Positions 54,192 through 64,000 of a stretch of 64,000 nt of DNA are shown here, piece by piece; position 1 is the stretch's first letter, and the number at the start of each line of letters is the position of its first letter. The stretch comes from Eledone cirrhosa (taxonomy: Eukaryota): assembly GCA_964016885.1 (NCBI GenBank), contig OZ024748.1, forward strand, positions 27,590,001-27,654,000, in the 5' to 3' direction. A model generated the notes under the pieces. That model worked only from the letters and a program-made list of their open reading frames with translations, had not been told where the DNA came from and made no database searches. A program made the translations under genes and the position numbers.

Positions 54192-57100
54192 CAACCTATC
54201 ACCCCCAGTACTACCACAACCTATCACCACCAGTACTACCACAACCTCAACCACAACCTATCACCACCAGTACTACCACAACCTCAACCACAACCTATCA
54301 CCACCAGTACTACCACAACCTCAACCACAACCTATCACCACCAGTACTACCACAACCTCAACCACAACCTATCACCACCAGTACTACCTCAACCACAACC
54401 TATCACCACCAGTACTACCACAACCACAACCACAACCTATCACCACCAGTACTACCACAACCACAACCACAACCTATCACCATCAGTACTACCTCAACCA
54501 CAACCTATCACCACCAGTACTACCACAACCTCAACCACAACCTATCACCACCAGTACTACCACAACCACAACCACAACCTATCACCATCAGTACTACCTC
54601 AACCACAACCTATCACCACCAGTACTACCACAACCTCAACCACAACCTATCACCACCAGTACTACCACAACCTCAACCACAACCTATCACCATCAGTACT
54701 ACCACAACCACAACCTATCACCACCAGTACTACCACAACCACAACCTATCACCACCAGTACTACCACAACCACAACCACAACCTATCACCACCAGTACTA
54801 CCACAACCACAACCACAACCTATCACCACCAGTACTACCACAACCTCAACCACAACCTATCACCACCAGTACTACCACAACCACAACCACAACCTATCAC
54901 CACCAGTACTACCACAACCACAACCACAACCTATCACCACCAGTACTACCACAACCACAACCACAACCTATCACCACCAGTACTACCACAACCTCAACCA
55001 CAACCTATCACCATCAGTACTACCACAACCACAACCACAACCTATCACCATCAGTACTACCACAACCACAACCACAACCACAACCTATCACCACCAGTAC
55101 TACCACAACCTCAACCACAACCTATCACCATCAGTACTACCACAACCACACCCACAACCTATCACCACCAGTACTACCACAACCACTACCACAACCTATC
55201 ACCACCTGTACTACCACACCCACAACCTATCACCACCAGTACTACCACAACCTCAACCACAACCTATCACCATCAGTACTACCACAACCACAACCACAAC
55301 CTATCACCATCAGTACTACCACAACCACAACCACAACCACAACCTATCACCACCAGTACTACCACAACCTCAACCACAACCTATCACCACCAGTACTACC
55401 ACAACCACAACCACAACCTATCACCATCAGTACTACCACAACCACAACCACAACCACAACCTATCACCACCAGTACTACCACAACCTCAACCACAACCTA
55501 TCACCATCAGTACTACCACAACCACAACCACAACCTATCACCACCAGTACTACCACAACCACAACCACAACCTATCACCACCAGTACTACCACAACCACA
55601 ACCACAACCACAACCTATCACCACCAGTACTACCACAACCACGCCCACAACCAATCACCACCAGTACTACCACAACCACAACCACAACCCATCACCACCT
55701 GTACTACCACACCCACAACCTATCACCACCAGTACTACCACAACCACAACCTATCACCACCAGTACTACCACAACCACAACCACAACCTATCACCACCTG
55801 TACTACCACAACCACAACCACAACCTATCACCACCAGTACTACCACAACCACAACCACAACCACAACCTATCACCACCAGTACTACCACAACCACAACCA
55901 CAACCACAACCTATCACCACCAGTACTACCACAACCACAACCACAACCACAACCTATCACCACCAGTACTACCACAACCACACCCACAACCTATCACCAC
56001 CAGTACTACCACAACCACAACCACAACCACAACCTATCACCACCAGTACTACCACAACCACACCCACAACCAATCACCACCAGTACTACCACAACCACAC
56101 CCACAACCAATCACCACCAGTACTACCACAACCACAACCACAACCACAACCTATCACCACCAGTACTACCACAACCACACCCACAACCTATCACCACCAG
56201 TACTACCACAACCACAACCACAACCTATCACCACCAGTACTACCACAACCACAACCACAACCACAACCACAACCTACCACCACCAGTACTACCACAACCA
56301 CAACCACAACCTATCACCATCAGTACTACCACAACCACAACCTATCACCACCAGTACTACCACAACCACAACCACAACCTATCACCACCAGTACTACCAC
56401 AACCACAATCACAACCTATCACCACCAGTACTACCACAACCACTACCACAACCTATCACCACCTGTACTACCACAACCACAACCACAACCTATCACCATC
56501 AGTACTACCACAACCACAACCACAACCTATCACCATCAGTACTACCACAACCACAACCACAACCTATCACCACCAGTACTACCACAACCTCAACCACAAC
56601 CAATCACCACCAGTACTACCACAACCACAACCACAACCTATCACCACCAGTACTACCACAACCACTACCACAACCTATCACCATCAGTACTACCACAACC
56701 ACTACCACAACCTATCACCACCTGTACTACCACAACCTCAACCACAACCAATCACCACCAGTACTACCACAACCACAACCACAACCTATCACCACCAGTA
56801 CTACCACAACCACTACCACAACCTATCACCACCTGTACTACCACAACCACAACCTATCACCACCTGTACTACCACAACCACAACCTATCACCATCAGTAC
56901 AACCACAACCACAACCACAACCTATCACCACCAGTAGTACCACAACCACACCCACAACCAATCACCACCAGTACTACCACAACCACTACCACAACCTATC
57001 ACCACCAGTAGTACCACAACCACTACCACAACCTATCACCACCTGTACTACCACAACCACAACCTATCACCACCAGTACTACCACAACCACAACCACAAC

Positions 57101-60100
57101 CTATCACCACCAGTACTACCACAACCACAACCACAACCTATCACCACCAGTACTACCACAACCACAACCACAACCTATCACCACCAGTACTACCACAACC
57201 ACACCCACAACCTATCACCACCAGTACTACCACAACCTCAACCACAACCTATCACCACCAGTACTACCACAACCACACCCACAACCAATCACCACCAGTA
57301 CTACCACAACCTATCACCACCAGTACTACCACAACCACTACCACAACCTATCACCACCTGTACTACCACAACCACAACCTATCACCACCAGTACTACCAC
57401 AACCACAACCACAACCTATCACCACCAGTACTACCACAACCACACCCACAACCAATCACCACCAGTACTACCACAACCACAACCACAACCACAACCTATC
57501 ACCACCAGTACTACCACAATCACAACCACAACCACAACCTATCACCACCAGTACTACCACAACCACAACCACAACCACAACCTATCACCACCAGTACTAC
57601 CACAACCACAACCACAACCACAACCTATCACCACCAGTACTACCACAACCACAACCACAACCACAACCTATCACCACCAGTACTACCACAACCACAACCA
57701 CAACCTATCACCACCAGTACTACCACAACCACACCCACAACCAATCACCACCAGTACTACCACAACCACAACCACAACCACAACCTATCACCACCAGTAC
57801 TACCACAACCACACCCACAACCTATCACCACCAGTACTACCACAACCACAACCACAACCTATCACCACCAGTACTACCACAACCACAACCACAACCTATC
57901 ACCACCAGTACTACCACAACCACAACCACAACCTATCACCACCTGTACTACCACAACCACAACCACAACCTATCACCACCAGTACTACCACAACCACAAC
58001 CACAACCTATCACCACCAGTACTACCTCAACCACAACCTATCACCACCAGTACTACCACAACCTCAACCACAACCTATCACCACCAGTACTACCACAACC
58101 ACAACCACAACCTATCACCACCAGTACTACCACAACCACACCCACAACCAATCACCACCAGTACTACCACAACCACAACCACAACCTATCACCACCAGTA
58201 CTACCACAACCACAACCACAACCTATCACCACCAGTACTACCACAACCACAACCACAACCTATCACCACCTGTACTACCACAACCACAACCACAACCTAT
58301 CACCACCAGTACTACCACAACCACACCCACAACCAATCACCACCAGTACTACCACAACCACAACCACAACCTATCACCACCAGTACTACCACAACCACAA
58401 CCACAACCTATCACCACCAGTACTACCACAACCACAACCACAACCTATCACCACCTGTACTACCACAACCACAACCACAACCTATCACCACCAGTACTAC
58501 CACAACCTCAACCACAACCTATCACCACCAGTACTACCACAACCACAACCACAACCACAACCTATCACCACCAGTACTACCACAACCTCAACCACAACCT
58601 ATCACCACCAGTACTACCACAACCACAACCACAACCACAACCTATCACCACCAGTACTACCACAACCACAACCACAACCTATCACCACCAGTACTACCAC
58701 AACCACAACCACAACCTATCACCACCAGTACTACCACAACCACAACCACAACCTATCACCACCAGTACTACCACAACCACAACCACAACCACAACCTATC
58801 ACCACCAGTACTACCACAACCACAACCACAACCTATCACCACCAGTACTACCACAACCACAACCACAACCTATCACCACCAGTACTACCACAACCACAAC
58901 CACAACCACAACCTATCACCACCAGTACTACCACAACCACACCCACAACCTATCACCACCAGTACTACCACAACCACAACCTATCACCACCAGTACTACC
59001 ACAACCTCAACCACAACCTATCACCACCAGTACTACCACAACCACAACCACAACCTATCACCATCAGTACTACCTCAACCACAACCTATCACCACCAGTA
59101 CTACCACAACCACAACCACAACCTATCACCACCAGTACTACCACAACCACAACCACAACCTATCACCACCAGTACTACCACAACCACAACCACAACCTAT
59201 CACCACCAGTACTACCACAACCACAACCACAACCTATCACCACCAGTACTACCACAACCTCAACCACAACCTATCACCACCAGTACTACCACAACCACAA
59301 CCACAACCTATCACCATCAGTACTACCTCAACCACAACCTATCACCACCAGTACTACCACAACCACAACCACAACCTATCACCACCAGTACTACCACAAC
59401 CACAACCACAACCTATCACCACCAGTACTACCACAACCACAACCACAACCACAACCTATCACCACCAGTACTACCACAACCACACCCACAACCTATCACC
59501 ACCAGTACTACCACAACCACAACCACAACCACAACCTATCACCACCAGTACTACCACAACCACACCCACAACCTATCACCACCAGTACTACCACAACCAC
59601 AACCACAACCACAACCAATCACCACCAGTACTACCACAACCACAACCACAACCTATCACCACCTGTACTACCACAACCACAACCACAACCTATCACCATC
59701 AGTACTACCACAACCACACCCACAACCTATCACCACCAGTACTACCACACCCACAACCTATCACCACCAGTACTACCACAACCACAACCTATCACCATCA
59801 GTACTACCACAACCACAACCACAACCTATCACCACCTGTACTACCACAACCACACCCACAACCTATCACCACCAGTACTACCACAACCTCAACCACAACC
59901 TATCACCACCAGTACTACCACAACCACAACCACAACCTATCACCACCAGTACTACCACAACCACACCCACAACCTATCACCACCAGTACTACCACAACCA
60001 CAACCACAACCTATCACCACCAGTACTACCACAACCACAACCTATCACCACCAGTACTACCACAACCACAACCACAACCTATCACCACCAGTACTACCAC

Positions 60101-61362
60101 AACCACACCCACAACCTATCACCACCAGTACTACCACAACCACAACCACAACCTATCACCACCTGTACTACCACAACCACACCCACAACCTATCACCACC
60201 AGTACTACCACAACCACAACCTATCACCACCAGTACTACCACAACCACAACCACAACCTATCACCACCTGTACTACCACAACCACACCCACAACCTATCA
60301 CCACCAGTACTACCACAACCACACCCACAACCTATCACCACCAGTACTACCACAACTACAACCACAACCTATCACCATCAGTACTACCACAACCACACCC
60401 ACAACCTATCACCACCAGTACTACCACAACCACAACCTATCACCACCTGTACTACCACAACCACACCCACAACCTATCACCACCAGTACTACCACAACCA
60501 CACCCACAACCTATCACCACCAGTACTACCACAACCACAACCACAACCTATCACCATCAGTACTACCACAACCACACCCACAACCTATCACCACCAGTAC
60601 TACCACAACCACAACCACAACCTATCACCACCTGTACTACCACAACCACAACCAATCACCACCAGTACTACCACAACCACAACCTATCACCACCAGTACT
60701 ACCACAACCACAACCACAACCTATCACCATCAGTACTACCACAACCACACCCACAACCTATCACCACCAGTACTACCACAACCACAACCACAACCTATCA
60801 CCACCAGTACTACCACAACCACACCCACAACCAATCACCACCAGTACTACCACAACCACACCCACAACCTATCACCACCAGTACTACCACAACCACAACC
60901 TATCACCACCAGTACTACCACAACCACACCCACAACCTATCACCACCAGTACTACCACAACCACAACCACAACCTATCACCATCAGTACTACCACAACCA
61001 CACCCACAACCTATCACCACCAGTACTACCACAACCACTACCACAACTTATCACCACCTGTACTACCAGAACCACAACCTATCACCACCAGTACTACCAC
61101 AACCACAACCACAACCACAACCTATCACCATCAGTACTACCACAACCACACCCACAACCTATCACCACCAGTACTACCACAACCACTACCACAACTTATC
61201 CTATCACCATCAGTACTACCACAACCACAACCTATCACGACCAGTACTACCACAACCACAACCACAACCTATCACCACCAGTACTACCACAACCACAACC
61301 ACAACCTATCACCACCAGTACTACCACACCCACAACCTATCACCACCAGTACTACCACAACT
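54192..61362. repeat. Minisatellite array, unit CCTATCACCACCAGTACTACCACAA + (CCACAA)0-3 (25/31/37/43 bp)
   Basis: About 7.2 kb of continuous tandem copies. Degenerate relatives at 61680-62190. Confidence 0.98.
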
Positions 61363-62299
61363 GCCACCTGTTAAATTTAAGAGGTTCATTATATTTTTAA
61401 GACCCAAAAGTCACCACCACTACTACTACCACCACCTATACATTCTCTATCGTACCATCGCCGCTATCACAACCACCTGTTCAAACACTGACATCAGTAA
61501 CACTACAACCGCAACTGCTACAGACTGTTTAACCACTGACGTCATCACCAATACAACAACTACCATCTACGTCTTCATATCTCACTACCGCATCTAACAA
61601 CTACCACCACTACCACCACAACCACCAACAAATGTAACATCACCTTCAACACCAACACCACTACCACAACCACACCACATGTACTACTACCACCGCCACC
61701 TGTACCACCACCATCACCACAATCACCAGTACTGCCACCTGTACTACTACCACAACAACTACCACAATCACCAGTACTACCACCACCAGTACTGCCACTT
61801 GTACCGACACTACCACAACCATCACCACCACCGGTACTACCACCACTACCACCAGTACTGCCACTTGTACCGCCGACACTACCACAACCGTCACCACCTC
61901 CACCACCACCACCGGTACTACCACCACTACCACCAGTACTGCCACTTGTACCGACACTACCACAACCGTTACCACCACCACCACCACCACCACCACCACC
62001 AGTACTACCACCACCACCACCAGTACTGCCACCTGAACCACCACTACCACAACCACCACAACCACCACAATCATCACCTGTACCAGCACGACCAAAACCA
62101 TCATCACCACCACCACCAGTACCAGTACTGCCACCTGTACCACCACTACCACAGCCTTCACCATAGCCATCAGTACTACCACCACCATTACATGTGTAGA
62201 TAATTCCTACCCTCACAAAGGGTGGAGAACTCCAGTGGTTACATAACCATACAGGTGTTAAATTTAGAAATTCTTTATACTTTTAAGACCCAACAGTTG

Positions 62300-63830
62300 C
62301 TTAATATAAGTTACATAACTATGTTGTTAACTTTAAGAGATGCGTTATGTCTTTAAGATCTAACTCTAGCTTAATATAGGTTACATAACTATACAGTTAA
62401 ATTTAAGGTAACTCTAGCTTAATATAGGTTACATAACTATACAGTTAAATTTAAGATCTAACTCTAGCTTAATATAGGTTACATAACTATACAGTTAAAT
62501 TTAAGATAACCGTAGTTTAATATAAGTTACATAACTATACAGTTAAATTTAAGATAATCGTAGTTTAATATAAGTTACATAACTATACAGTTAAATTTAA
62601 GATAACCGTAGTTTAATATAAGTTACATAACTATACAGTTAAATTTAAGATAACCGTAGTTTAATATAAGTTACATAACTATACAGTTAAATTTAAGATA
62701 ACCGTAGTTTAATATAAGTTACATAACTATACAGTTAAATTTAAGATAACCGTAGTTTAATATAAGTTACATAACTATACAGTTAAATTTAAGATAATCG
62801 TAGTTTAATATAAGTTACATAATAATACAGTTAAATTTAAGATAACCGTAGTTTAATATAAGTTACATAACTATACAGTTAAATTTAAGATAACCGTAGT
62901 TTAATATAAGTTACATAACTATACAGTTAAATTTAAGATAATCGTAGTTTAATATAAGTTACATAACTATACAGTTAAATTTAAGATAACCGTAGTTTAA
63001 TATAAGTTACATAACTATACAGTTAAATTTAAGATAACCGTAGTTTAATATAAGTTCCATAACTATACAGTTAAATTTAAGATAACCGTAGTTTAATATA
63101 AGTTACATAATAATACAGTTAAATTTAAGATAACCGTAGCTTAATATAAGTTCCATAATAATACAGTTAAATTTAAGATAACCGTAGTTTAATGTAAGTT
63201 ACATAACTATACAGTTAAATTTAAGGTAACTCTAGCTTAATATAGGTTACATAACTATACAGTTAAATTTAAGATAACTCTAGCTTAATATAGGTTACAT
63301 AACTATACAGTTAAATTTAAGATAACTCTAGCTTAATATAGGTTACATAACTATACAGTTAAATTTAAGATAACCGTAGTTTAATATAAGTTACATAACT
63401 ATACAGTTAAATTTAAGATAACCATAGTTTAATATAAGTTAGATAACTATACAGTTAAATTTAAGATAACCGTAGTTTAATATAAGTTAGATAACTATAC
63501 AGTTAAATTTAAGATAACTGTAGTTTAATATAAGTTGCATAATAATACAGTTAAATTTAAGATAACTGTAGTTTAATATAAGTTGCATAACAATACAGTT
63601 AAATTTAAGATAAATGTAGCTTAATATAATTGTTTCTACTTTTGGCACAAGGCCAGCAATTATTCAATGCATTACTGGTACTTTATTCTTTAATATAAGT
63701 TACATAATAATACAGTTAAATTTAAGATAACATACAGTTAAATTTCAGAGACGCAATATTTTTAAAGATCCAAACTGTAGCTCAATATAAATTACATAAC
63801 TATGTTGTTAAATTTAAGATAGGCAATATA
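62300..63830. repeat. 48-bp AT-rich satellite (AAGATAACCGTAGTTTAATATAAGTTACATAACTATACAGTTAAATTT)
   Basis: Period 48 (e.g. 62503, 62551). A 3' SINE fragment is inserted at 63628-63690. Confidence 0.97.
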
Positions 63831-64000
63831 TTTTTACATACAGGTATGCCTCTACACCCTATGAATTTGTAATTCACCCCTAATATTGAAAAGTTACCCC
63901 CGTTTGGATCAGTGGTGTATTAAGGAAAGGAGTGAGTTGGCTGGTCTACAACCAGAGGCCTCACAATGGGTAAAGAGCCAAATATATATACATATATTGG

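Noticed and set aside
61575-62216. Gly/Cys-rich ORF on the minus strand
   Set aside because: Degenerate extension of the adjacent (ACC)-rich minisatellite.
62300-63830. CRISPR-like regular repeat
   Set aside because: Head-to-tail units without unique spacers, no cas genes, eukaryotic context.

Overview
AT-rich, repeat-dominated animal genomic DNA. The tRNA-derived SINE families and (TA)n/(CA)n/(TC)n load suggest a cephalopod, probably Octopus (inference from SINE resemblance). I can support no intact host gene; nearly all listed ORFs are by-products of microsatellites and minisatellites. The window holds three large tandem arrays (30/33-bp at 1-14.4 kb, 25+6n-bp at 54.2-61.4 kb, 48-bp at 62.3-63.8 kb), many SINEs, RTE-type LINE remnants, a Helitron-like element and several MITEs. 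The main signal is a dense set of type I hammerhead ribozyme (HHR) motifs from about five or six sequence families. Most sit in fold-back (tail-out) palindromes within or next to (TA)n tracts. A decayed Penelope-like reverse transcriptase lies at 15.8-16.9 kb. The palindrome centres coincide with pre-existing hairpins, either one upstream of the ribozyme or HHR stem II itself, which suggests hairpin-primed formation of short non-autonomous Penelope-like elements. All ribozyme calls are by-eye folds and have not been tested.
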